Below, piece by piece: positions 1 through 11,290 of a stretch of 64,000 nt of DNA. The DNA comes from Octopus sinensis. Taxonomy: Eukaryota. Under the pieces are notes generated by a model that made no database searches, had not been told where the DNA came from, and worked only from the letters and a program-made list of their open reading frames with translations. The stretch spans positions 115,506,001-115,570,000 of the forward strand of contig NC_042998.1 in NCBI RefSeq assembly GCF_006345805.1. The letters are read 5' to 3'. The position numbers were made by a program, and so were the translations under genes. Positions within the stretch are counted from its first letter, which is position 1. Every line of letters starts with the position of its first letter.

Positions 1-83
1 AATATAAATACACATTAAAACAGACGTAGAGTCACCTTCCCACATATGGAACGTCAGATTCACACTTACTGAAATTTAAATAC

Positions 84-209
84 AACACACACACACACAC
101 ACACACACTCACACGAACATATGCTCACATGCACACACACACTGACACATACAAACATGTACACACAAATACACATACACGGGCACACCAACGCGCACAA
201 AGTCAACTT

Positions 210-240
<31 letters not shown>

Positions 241-1041
241 TGTGTGTGTATGTGTGTGTGTGTGTACGTATACACGCACTAAGTAAGAGACAACCACAAA
301 TTCACATAGTTAATTTTATGTAGATACATATCCGCACGTAAGCGCGTACACACACACACACACACACACATACACACGAACACATACACACACACACACA
401 ACCCCATACATATACTCACGCATGTATTCGCGGTGCACACGCTCACTCACACTTATGCGCGAGCGCACGTACGCCCATGTTATACTGTAAAACTGATTTC
501 CGTGGAAAATTTGTTATTTTCAGAACTGAACTGAGAGGCAAAAATGAAACGAAATAAATGAAAAGTGGATGGAAGTACAAAGATGTAATTAACAGGACGT
601 AAAGAGGACTAAGGGGAGGAGGAGGGGGAGGAGAGGGATGAGGAGGAATAGGAAAAGGGGGAAAGCAAAGCGGTGAGTGGAATGGTAAGGGGAGGTAAGC
701 GGGATGATAGTGTGGACTAAGAGTAAATAGTGTCTAATTAGAACCAAAAATTTCCAAAGCCGTAGCGGAGGGAGTTTCATGATCTCACCCCACACAACAA
801 ACGATAAATATATAGATGAATAGATAAATAAATAAATACAACTGTTTTCTGCAGACACGTCTTAGTGGTTCACCAGTAGGTTTCCCTGATTAAGATGTCT
901 CTACTCAAGACGTTCAAAACGTTTACACATACACCATATATACATACACACGTACATATACATACATACATACATGCATGCATACATACATACATACATA
1001 CATGCATAATACATACATACATACATACATACATACATACA

Positions 1042-1107
<66 letters not shown>

Positions 1108-1377
1108 TATATACATACATACATACATACATACATACATACATAGACACACATACACATATATATAATGTATGTGTGTTTGCATGTTTACACACACATA
1201 TCTATGTACATATGTACGTATATAAGGTGTGTATGTAAACGCTTGAACGACTTGAGTAGGGTGTATATATATATACACGTACATACACATACGTACATAC
1301 ATACATACATGCATACATACATACATACATACATACATACATACACACATACACACATACATACATACATACATCCA

Positions 1378-1410
<33 letters not shown>

Positions 1411-1670
1411 GTAGATGCGTACACATGTACATGACTACATTCACAACTGGATATGGACGGAAGCGTGTGTACAAATATGCACATACCTGCGTGAGATGTG
1501 TGTGCATTTTAGGGACAAGCAAAACACTTATATGCTCGAACACACAGACATACGTAGTGTATCATCGCGGGTTTTGTATATGTGCGTGTGTGCCTGTGTG
1601 TGTTCATGTTTGGGCAAGCGTATCACTTCACACCTAGTACATTGATTTGTCTGTCTGTCGCTGTCTCTCA

Positions 1671-1746
<76 letters not shown>

Positions 1747-2125
1747 GCTTCATATATATATATCTATAATCCAGCTCTCTCGCTCTCTCTCCCTCTGAAT
1801 ATGCATATGTGTGTGTGCCTGTGTGTGTGAGTGTGTATGAATGCGTGCTTGCTTGAGTATGTGTACATGTGTACGTACATATGCACATTTATATGCATAG
1901 AATGAGAAAGGCCTATATATATACATATATTTACTCACAAACACAGGCACACACATGCATACACATACACATACACGCATGCACACACACACACATACGC
2001 AATACATTATTAAATTGTACGTTATGGAGGGCGATAGCGTCACTTATTGTACGCTTTTTATATTTTTGGTGATTTCGAAGGAATAAAAGAGATAGAAGAA
2101 AAGGAGGAAAATGAGATAGATAGAT

Positions 2126-2164
<39 letters not shown>

Positions 2165-2426
2165 GGGGAGAGAGATGGGGCAGTGAAGGGCAGACGGGTG
2201 ATACAGAGCATTAATGGAGGAAATATAGTCACAAAAAAAATAATAAACTAAAATACAAAAGGAACGAATAAAAAAAGGTCAGGAGTAAGAGAACAGTAAG
2301 TAAAGATAAAGTTAAGATGAAAGAAGAAAAAGGTAAGATCGAGAGTTAGAAAATGTAAAGAAAGAAAGAAGATATTAAACAAAAAGTTTAGAATATTAGA
2401 AGTCCACAAGAAAAGTGATACAATCT

Positions 2427-2465
<39 letters not shown>

Positions 2466-2513
2466 AATTTTGGTAAAATTCTGAAAGGCTCGTACATTTC
2501 TTGTATTATATAT

Positions 2514-2565
<52 letters not shown>

Positions 2566-2590
2566 TGAATGGTATATGTATGCGTGAGTG

Positions 2591-2622
<32 letters not shown>

Positions 2623-3310
2623 ATGTGTGGTGTGTGTGTGTGTGTAGATATGACATGCAATTAGCCGCACAATTGTGAATAGAGTATTTATGCATACAAT
2701 TAGAGATCTAATGTTATATATATTGTAATGAGACCAGAGGCTGAATTCATTCAGTCAACTGTAGTCTCCCCCCTCTCTCTCTTCCTCTTCCTCTCCCTCG
2801 TTCACTCTCTTTCTCTCTTTCCCTATCTCTCTCTCTCTCTCTCTTTCTCTCACGAAAGTACATTGTAACACAATTTTAATAATGTAACTTACTGCTTAAC
2901 ATATACTCGTGTAAATTTAGATAAATATCTGCATATATTCTGAAATAAATATTCAGTTTTATTACAGAAAATATGTTACTGTCAATTTGGGTCCAAATGA
3001 TAATTTTATAAGAGCCGTGAATCTATGACTCAGTAAGATTATCGGGGACCTAAAATTTAACAGGCATACAGGAACATATATAATGAGTATGTCTGTGCGT
3101 GTGAGTGTGTGATCGTTGGTCTATATGTATATACTGTACATACTGTACATACTCTAACACACATACACACGCATACATAAACACACAGAATCGCACACAT
3201 ACAGAGTTACACACAGACACACACACACACATACATGTCAGTATATGTGCATGCATGTGTGTGTATGTTTGTATGTGTGTTTGTATGTGTGTGTGCTTGT
3301 GTGTGCATGC
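84..3310. repeat. Compound microsatellite block: (CA/GT)n, (TACA)n, (CTAT)n, (TA)n, (GAAA)n, (CT)n
   Basis: Simple repeats directly visible; they explain the HT/YI/MYVC ORFs of the track. Confidence 0.97.
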
Positions 3311-4450
3311 ATCAGAACAACCAAAGCAGCTCTTTTCCTCACTTTATATATATGGTTAACATATATTAACATTTCGGCGTTAGAATGCCTTATTCATAGC
3401 TGACTAGATAAAGAAACGACAGTTATAACAAGCAAACACAAATTTAACCTTAATTTTGTCGAACGGTCATTGTATTTCTAATGGGAAATATCTAAGCTTC
3501 CTTTGTTTCAAAGGACTGCATAACATTGAGAAACATATCTTTTCTCTTTGTCTTAGGTATCCAGCAATAATAGATTTGTGTGTTCTTGGTGTACATCTTA
3601 ATCATTCATCTGTGTCACTCTCCGCTTCTATTTCTCTCAACATAATCGTTGTGCATTTGTTCTCTCCACACTACCTTAAGATAGCCTCTATAGGCATGCA
3701 TATACATATACGTCTGTGTATGTGCGATATGTGTTTGTATGGACGTGTATGTGTATGCATAAATATATATCAACTAAATATTAATTCATTACAAATATAT
3801 CACAAATCCAAAAGACGGTTGTGGGTTTCGTATCTGAGAAACTGTAAGCGAGGCTGCATTAATTATTTTGCTTTTTCTTCAGATGGTAGGTGCGAATTGA
3901 TGTAAATATAGAGGAAGCTCCTTCGCTGGCTTTGAGCGTGCTTAGTTGTTGGTCAGTGTTAAAACATCATGTGGATTACAGTTATTATTATTGGTATAGT
4001 AAATTTGACACTGCTACATAGTTCCATGCGTGGCTATTTTGTTTGTAGCTGGATATTTTTTAGTTTCTTTTTATGTTTAGAATCTGAAAGATTGCGAGTG
4101 ATTGTTACATAACACAAAATGGCAGAATAGAAATCCTTTTGGACACTGATGTTGAGGAATAAAGTTTCGACAAAGACCAAGATATGTTATGATTGATGTA
4201 TTTCTGTTTTAGTTGTAGTTTATATGTGACTAACGTATAATTATGCTTGTCTGAACGAATACATGTGTTGAGTCAACCTGCTATTGAAAGAGTTTTCTTA
4301 GAGTTTCGAATAATCTATTTTAAATCATTATCAGGTAGTTTCTGTACACTAGTGCGATTACTCATTGTTAGAGCCTTGATAGTGAGTAAACAGAATACGA
4401 CATAACTGAGGCTGCAATCAAATAGATGTCTTTGATTAGTCTGTGTATAT

Positions 4451-4629
4451 ATAGATCGCTAGCCACTAAACCTTTTCTATTTTCTCACCCTGTTTATTTC
4501 TGTGTTCCTTTCTGTCGAAGAGGGTAGGCTCGAAATGTAAAAGACTTTCTCAGTTCCAGAGCGTTAAACTAATACATGTTTGTTGTTTACACACACGTTT
4601 TTGTCTTTTTTTTTGTAAATTCTCACTAT
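4451..4629 (+). mobile_element. Penelope-like terminal-repeat fragment (family P1) with hammerhead-like motif at 4508-4543
   Basis: Four related copies in the window (4451, 38610, 41320 minus, 63030), three of them directly abutting (TA)n; motif CTTT-CTGTCGAA-GAGGGTAGGCTC-GAAATGTA-AAAG. The Penelope assignment is inferred from the HHR-like fold. Confidence 0.55.
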
Positions 4630-4847
4630 ATTCTCACTTTTATTCTTTTATTCGTTTCAGTCATTTTGATGGCGACCATGCTGGAGTACCGCCTTTAGTC
4701 GATTAAATCGGACCCAGGACTTATTCTATCGGTCTCTTATGCCGAACCGCTAAGTTAAGGGAACGTAAACACACCAGCATCGATGTCAAGCGATGTTGGG
4801 GGACGCACACACAAACATACACATACACACACACACAAACACACACG

Positions 4848-4922
<75 letters not shown>

Positions 4923-4940
4923 CATATATATATATATATA

Positions 4941-5200
4941 TATCTATACAATATGTTACATTACTCGGTAGTCAAGATAAAACTCTGAGTTTCAGATGCC
5001 GAAGTGGAAATCCACAACACCATCTCTTCGGTTATCTGGCTATTTGAAAACGTTATGAAAAAATCTTTTTTCATAACGTTTTTCATAACGTTTTCAAATA
5101 GCCAGATAACCGAAGAGATGGTGTTGTGGATTTCCACTTCGGCATCTGAAACTCAGAGTTTTATCTTGACTACCGAGTAATGTAACATATTGTATAGATA
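4941..5200. repeat. Perfect inverted repeat, 122-bp arms (4941-5062 / 5079-5200), 16-bp spacer; unpaired flank of the same element continues to 5263
   Basis: TATCTATACA...CGTTATGAAAAA is the exact reverse complement of TTTTTCATAACG...TGTATAGATA; whole unit sits between two (TA)n tracts. Confidence 0.97.
5104..5166 (+). ncRNA. Type I hammerhead-ribozyme-like fold with variant core (mirror copy on minus strand at 4975-5037)
   Basis: Stem I AGATAA/TTATCT; core CCGAAGA; stem II GATG/CATC with inner hairpin GTGG-ATTT-CCAC; extra T; GAA; stem III ACT-CAG-AGT; GUU triplet. Activity untested. Confidence 0.55.
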
Positions 5201-5262
5201 AATTTCCTCTATTTACATAATATTGAGGTCTCTTTCTTTCTTTTGTTATCTTACCGTTTTAT

Positions 5263-5302
<40 letters not shown>

Positions 5303-5436
5303 GACGGGCTTCTTTCAGTCTACCAAATCCATTTACAAGTTTTTGGTCGGCTCGAGGCTATAGTAGACGACACTTGCCCAAGGCGCCACGCAGTGTGACT
5401 GAACCTGAAACCATGTTGTTGGTATGCAAGCTACTT

Positions 5437-7664
5437 TATTTCAAAAATGTTGCCATAAAGACATGATACAGAGTATCTTGCGGGCTGGATAAAGACATTG
5501 ATGAGGTGAATGATGATAAGGATGATATTAATGGGAGAAGACAAAAAACACCCGCCGATTTTCTGCTTCTCTAAAACATTATTCTCTTCTTTTTTTTCCC
5601 ACAGAAAAAGACAAAACGAGTTAATGAACGTCTTACGTCAGTTTTTCAATTTTTGGACTAACAGTCCATTTAAGGAATGGGGCGGGGCGTTAAGCGTCTT
5701 AAACACAATAACATGCAATAAACATTAAGCATTAAAACACTGAGGCTTTTCAACCTCTTGTCATTATTCCTCCCCAACATTGCTTGCACCCGTATACTCC
5801 ACCAACCCCCCACGCCTCATTCAAGACCAAGGCGGGATCCAAGCCGGCGTCGCTCGGCCACAAGCGATATTCCTCACTGAGTCCTGCAGCCTAAACCCCA
5901 CAGACACTGTTATGATTTCCACATCTATCTGCGGAGGTCATTCGGGATCCTGTGTGAAGGTTAAAGGTACTCCCATATGGTACTTTTCCACCACCTCTTC
6001 TACCTCTCCGCCTCTGTAGAAGACCAGTAGTTCCTCTTCCTCCGGGGTCGAGGTAGTCAATTCTACCGTTCCCCTGTCGGTGGCACAGCCCCTACCGGAA
6101 AGATTCTGGGACATTCCAGTGCTATGTCACCGACTGCCGGCAATGTCCCGCTTCCCTTCCTCTTCCTCTTTTTTCCTCTCAAATAAGGGAGTGTGTATCT
6201 CCTCCGTGAACGGGATATTCCCCTCCCCTCCCTCATCCTTAGGATCCTTCTGTGAGCACACATTGTTGCTCACCTTCTTCCTCTTGCGGCTCTTCCCTGA
6301 GGAGTCCTCCGTCTCCTCAGCCGCCTTCGTTCTGTCTTCTACAGCGGTCTCAATTGACTGCTCGAGGACTTTGCTTTGTTCCTGGGGACAGTTTTTCTTT
6401 ATATAGCCATGCTCCAGGCACCGATGACACCTGGGGGGGGAGACCCTCAGGAATCACCGGGTACCTGCACCCAACCACTTAAAAACAAATCTGGTATAAA
6501 CAGATTCATGGCTGATTGAGTCCACAGGGTCAAAATAGCTTTTGACCCAACCCAATCAGCCGCAGGAAGAATTTTCACATTAAGGAGTCTAGCTCCGCTG
6601 CCACCCAGACCCCAATGGATAGCATCCTCTATCCACTGGGGTTCAATTCCGTGTGGCAAACCACAGACCCAGGCTCTCGTCAAATTTTTCTCACAATAAG
6701 TGGGAAGAAACAAGATTTCTTTACCCTCAATGGGCTGGCTCGCAAAACTGCGAGCCTCCGCTGGGGTGTCAAACAACAACCACACCGTTGTATGTTTGAC
6801 TCCCCTAGAGATATACTTAATGGTTGGCAGATGTTCAGCCAACACCTGTTCAAACATCTACTTGGAGAAGACGGTAATGGTGTCCAGAAACTTCGAATAC
6901 GTTCTCAACACCACCGTCCCCTCTTCTTGCTGTCTGAGCCATTCCTTATGTGGGACAATCTCCCACTCTACAATCTTATCCGTATTTTTTTTGCCATGTT
7001 TTAAATTAAAAAATAAAAAAGTCCAAAAAAAGGAGAGAATTCAAAAGAAAACAAAAAGGACGAAAAAATGCAAACAGTTCGATAAAAAGTCACAATAGAA
7101 AAACACAACAGTTAAAAAAAACGCAGCAAAAAATCTTCTGGGAATTCAGGCACTCCAACCCTATGGTACTCCAATTAGAACCTAGACTGCTCCACTTGAA
7201 ATACAGCTTTACAACGTAGTTGTAAAATATACACTATTTACAAACAGCGAACGACTTATGGTGGCAGGATACGTCACCAAACTATATTACTCACAATGAG
7301 AAAAAAATTTCTCTTCATGTGAACACTTAAAATACAGCTTTCCAATAGTAAAAAACATTCAATGTTATAAAGTGAACAACGTTTAGTTGAAGGATACGCA
7401 CACCAAATTGTACTTCTCACAATGAGAAAAAATTTTCATTTAATATGAACCATATTGCTGAACCGCAAATAGACCAACATCCAGAATCCAGTGTGGAATC
7501 CTTGTTTGTAAAAAATACAAGCAGAGACAACGACCCTCACTGGGTCCAAGAGAAAAAGTCTTACCTTGCAGCAGCTTCTTTTGGCAGGCTAAACACTGCC
7601 GCCTATCTTCTTCAGTGCCACCACAATGACACATGCGCACACTGACAACAGAGCGTCATGGGAA
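5437..7664 (-). mobile_element. ORF1-only L1/Tx1-like non-LTR element (HAL1-like), 2228 bp, inserted into a SINE
   Basis: 15-bp TSD GTA(T/A)GCAAGCTACTT at 5422-5436 and 7665-7679; AATAAA at the 3' junction; gag-like ORF1; no recognisable endonuclease or RT sequence between the TSDs. Confidence 0.8.
5764..6997 (-). pseudogene. Frameshifted ORF1 (gag-like nucleic-acid-binding protein) with degenerate CCHC zinc knuckle
   Basis: ATG at 6997; RTVVLRTYSKF...MFEQVLAEHLPTIKYISRG...EGLPPR-CHRCLEHGYIKKNC (6429-6388, CX2CX4[H>Y]X4C), then basic/acidic tail KSRKRKK; several frameshifts and stops; last stop at 5764-5766. Confidence 0.75.
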
Positions 7665-7700
7665 GTAAGCAAGCTACTTACCACACAGCCACTCCTGCGC
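7665..7700 (-). mobile_element. Displaced 5' head of the C/D SINE
   Basis: GTAAGCAAGCTACTTACCACACAGCCACTCCTGCGC continues the SINE broken at 5436. Confidence 0.85.
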
Positions 7701-7871
7701 TTATATATATATCTATCAGAATAATGGAAATTGGAGAAAATAAGTTGTAATAGGTCTTATGTAAAGAATGCACTTCCTATTACATATTACGCAGACCTGA
7801 AACTTACGTAGTGAATGATTTCAAGATATTACTCTTTGGTTTGACTTCATCACTATAATTTACATGTAAGA

Positions 7872-7990
7872 CGGCGAGGTCGTAGAATCGTTAGCAAACC
7901 GGCCGAAATGCTTATCGGTATTTTGCCTGCTTTTACGTTTGAAGTTCAAATTGAGTACTGGTCTCGATTCAATCGATGTACCCGCTTCCT
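7872..7990 (+). mobile_element. Decayed family A SINE
   Basis: GGCGAGGTCGTAGAATCGTTAGC...GTTCAAATT head. Confidence 0.65.
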
Positions 7991-8186
7991 GGAAATTACT
8001 TGTCCCGTTCTAAAATTTGAAATCATTATTATAATTTAATTATGTATATGTGTGCGTGTATGTATATATATATATATATATATACATATACATACATAGA
8101 AATAGTTCGATAGAAACTCTACAGGCAAGCGGAGGAAATAGGATTCAACGTCTGAAACAAATTGTAATAATATTAAACAGTTTAAA

Positions 8187-8617
8187 GCCGGTGAGCTGGC
8201 AGAAACGTTAGCACGCCAGGTGAAATGCTTAGCGGTATTTCGTCTGCCCATACATTCTGAGTTCAAATTCCGCCGAGGTCGACTTTGCCTTTCCTGCTCT
8301 CGGGGTCGATAAATTAAGTAACAGCTAAGCACTGGGGTCGATGTAATCGACTTAATCCCTTTGTCTGTCCTTGTTTGTTCCCTCTATGTTTAGCTCCTTG
8401 TGGGCAATAAAGCTATAAGAAACGCTAGCAAGACAGGCGGAATGCACAGCGGTATTTCGTCTGTGTTTATGTACTGAATTCAAATGCCGCCGAGGTCGAC
8501 TTTGCCTTTCATCCTGTCGAGGTTGATAAATTAAGTATCACTTGCGTACTGGGGGTCGATCTAATCGGCTGCTCCCTCCCCAAAAATTTCGAGCCTTCTG
8601 CCTAGAGTAGAAAAGAA
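8187..8617 (+). mobile_element. Two tandem family A tRNA-derived SINEs (tail types 1 and 2)
   Basis: A-box-like TGGCAGAAACGTT, B box GTTCAAATTCC, central GAGGTCGACTTTGCCTTTCATCC...GTCGATAAATTAAGTA (recalled as Meta-domain-like, unverified). Confidence 0.85.
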
Positions 8618-8859
8618 TATCAAACAGCTTAATTTGATAAAATAATTTGATCGATTTCATTGATATATAAAAAACCAATACATATATAATCAAATAAAGG
8701 AGCTAATATTGTTATTACTGAGAATATGATCGTTTTTATTGTTGCTTAGTTGTTGTTTTACCTACGCTCTGGTTGTTACTATCGTTATTTATTCACTATT
8801 CCACCACATGTGCCTACATTCATATACGCACCTACATTAAAATCACTCTCTTTCTCTCT

Positions 8860-8869
8860 CTCTCTCTCA

Positions 8870-8907
<38 letters not shown>

Positions 8908-9469
8908 CAGTACATATGCCTACTTATGCATACATACATACACACATGCACACACACAAATATATATATATTCACATATGAATATATACACACGCATATA
9001 TATATATATATACAAACACACACACATACACATGCGCACACGCGCACACTTACATATATAGGAATGTACACATAAATATACATGCATATGAATGTACGTG
9101 TTCGTTATACTGCATAAGTTTGTTAATGTGCTTTTGAACGTGTACACATGTGAAATGTCGATGTGTGAAGTCTCTGTGTGCGCATATGTTTGTGCACGCA
9201 AACGCACATACATGTGTATGGGCCCACGAGTTTGTATGTATGCTCGTATCTATGTGTGTATATGTGTGTGTGTGCATTTCGCAACGGTTTTTCTCAAACT
9301 TTTGCCACTTCACATTAAATGGATATCAATGAGCTTTTAATTGTCGGTTTTATAAAACATCAATTCAATTAGACAGATTGAAATCAGTCGGTTTTATACG
9401 GGAATACTGATGAAGAAAAATGCACTTCATGCACGTGTGTGCATCGACGTATACACACACACACACACA

Positions 9470-9507
<38 letters not shown>

Positions 9508-9796
9508 GTATATATTATATCACACGAACGCGCACGTAGACTCACATACAAACATTTACTACATTTGTTGTCTTATAGATATTGAGAGAGGTCCACAGTG
9601 CACAGTGCATACACACTTCCACGGATGTGCACACGTACAGGCGGACAGCAGTAACGTTGGAAACGAATGAGGATTCAAAAAATTATTGAGAAAATGCCCT
9701 AATAAAAAAATCATATTATACATACACATATACATATGTGTGTATATGTGTGTGTGAGTGTGTGTGTACATACCTGCAGATACACACACACACATA

Positions 9797-9867
<71 letters not shown>

Positions 9868-10287
9868 ATATGCATAAACATACACATATATATATATGCA
9901 GATATATATATGTGTGTGCGTGTGAATATATATATTCACACATATATGCATATTATATATATTTATGAATGGATGCATGTATGTATGTAGTTGTGTGTAT
10001 ATATATATATATTATATATATATATATATGTATGTATATATATACATTCATATACATATAAATTGTATTCATTTAACTATACACCCCCACACTCCTACAT
10101 GAGTGTGTGTGTGTGTGTGTGTGAGTATGTGTGTGTGTGCCTGAGGGAGAGAGAGAGAGAGACTCTATAAAACTTAGTAAAATTTTTATAACACCAATAG
10201 TAATATAAACATCACCGATGAAATTATTCATAATAATAATATAATAATAATAATAATAATAATTATAATTATAATTATAATAATAAC

Positions 10288-10341
<54 letters not shown>

Positions 10342-10420
10342 TATTATTATTATTATTATTATCATCATCATCATCATTATTATTATTATTATTATTATTA
10401 TCAATACTATAGGAATGATG
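8860..10420. repeat. (CT)n/(TA)n/(CA)n tracts followed by (AAT)n flipping to (ATT)n at about 10340
   Basis: Directly visible. Confidence 0.95.
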
Positions 10421-10860
10421 ACGACGACGACGATAATGATGCTGTTGATGATGATGATGACGTCGACGAGGATGATGATGATGATAATGATGATAATGAT
10501 GATAATGATGAAAAATATGAGGTGTAATAGGAGGGGGATACTGATGAAGATGTTAATAGGTATTTAATAATGACGGTTTTAATAATCACCATGACATCGA
10601 TGATGATGAGGAGGAGGATGGAGAGAAGAATGATGATGATGGTGGTGGTGTTGGAATTCGTAGTCTTCGTAGTAGTGTTGGCGACGGCGATGATGGCGTT
10701 GATGACAGCGTTTGCAGTGATGGTGGTGGCGGTGGTGATCGGTGGTAGTGGTGATGGTTGTAATGGTAAAGCTGGTGGCGGCAGTGGTCATAGTGGTAGT
10801 GGTGGTGGTGGTGTTGTGAAATTTGTGGCAGTGATGTAGGATGTAGGTGTGGTGGCGTTA
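10420..10860. repeat. (GAT)n/(GGT)n low-complexity tract
   Basis: Directly visible; source of the poly-M/V/G/H/T ORFs. Confidence 0.9.
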
Positions 10861-11087
10861 ATGACAATAAAAACGAACGTCTCAAATTGACTACTTGTCA
10901 AACACACGAGACACATCTCAATGGAAGAGACGGTCTCAGCGAAAGTAGAAAAAGATAACCGAGAATCCAAAATAAAATTTTAAAAAATTATTACAACAAA
11001 TTTCGCAAAAATCGAAGTAACACTTAAACACTCAGTGTTATTCTCTAGTTAAATACACTGTCGTTATCTCAGCTGAAATCACCACCA

Positions 11088-11290
11088 CTACCGCCGCCGC
11101 CGCCCCACGTCACCGCGCCCCTACCGCCGCCGCCGCCCCACGTCACCGTGCCCCTACCGCCGCCGCCGCCCCACGTCACCGTGCCCCTACCGCCGCCGCC
11201 GCCCCACGTCACCGTGCCTCTACCGCCCTCGCGAACCCGCCGCTCCCGCGCCCCCACCACCGCCGCTCCCGCGCCCCCACCACCGCCGCC
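11088..11290. repeat. GC/CpG-rich minisatellite: 33-bp unit x4 plus about 24-bp unit x2
   Basis: Unit CTACCGCCGCCGCCGCCCCACGTCACCGTGCCC starts at 11088, 11121, 11154 and 11187. Confidence 0.95.

Larger units (their letters stand above)
4644..5436 (-). mobile_element. tRNA/CORE-like SINE (family C/D) with internal microsatellite; body interrupted by the palindrome, 5' head displaced to 7665-7700
   Basis: Same tail + (CA/TA)n + head order as at 39220, 52781 and 55000; the corresponding intact copies read CCTTGGGCAAGTGTCTT on the minus strand, resembling the CORE domain (octopus OR2 is a known CORE-SINE). Confidence 0.8.
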
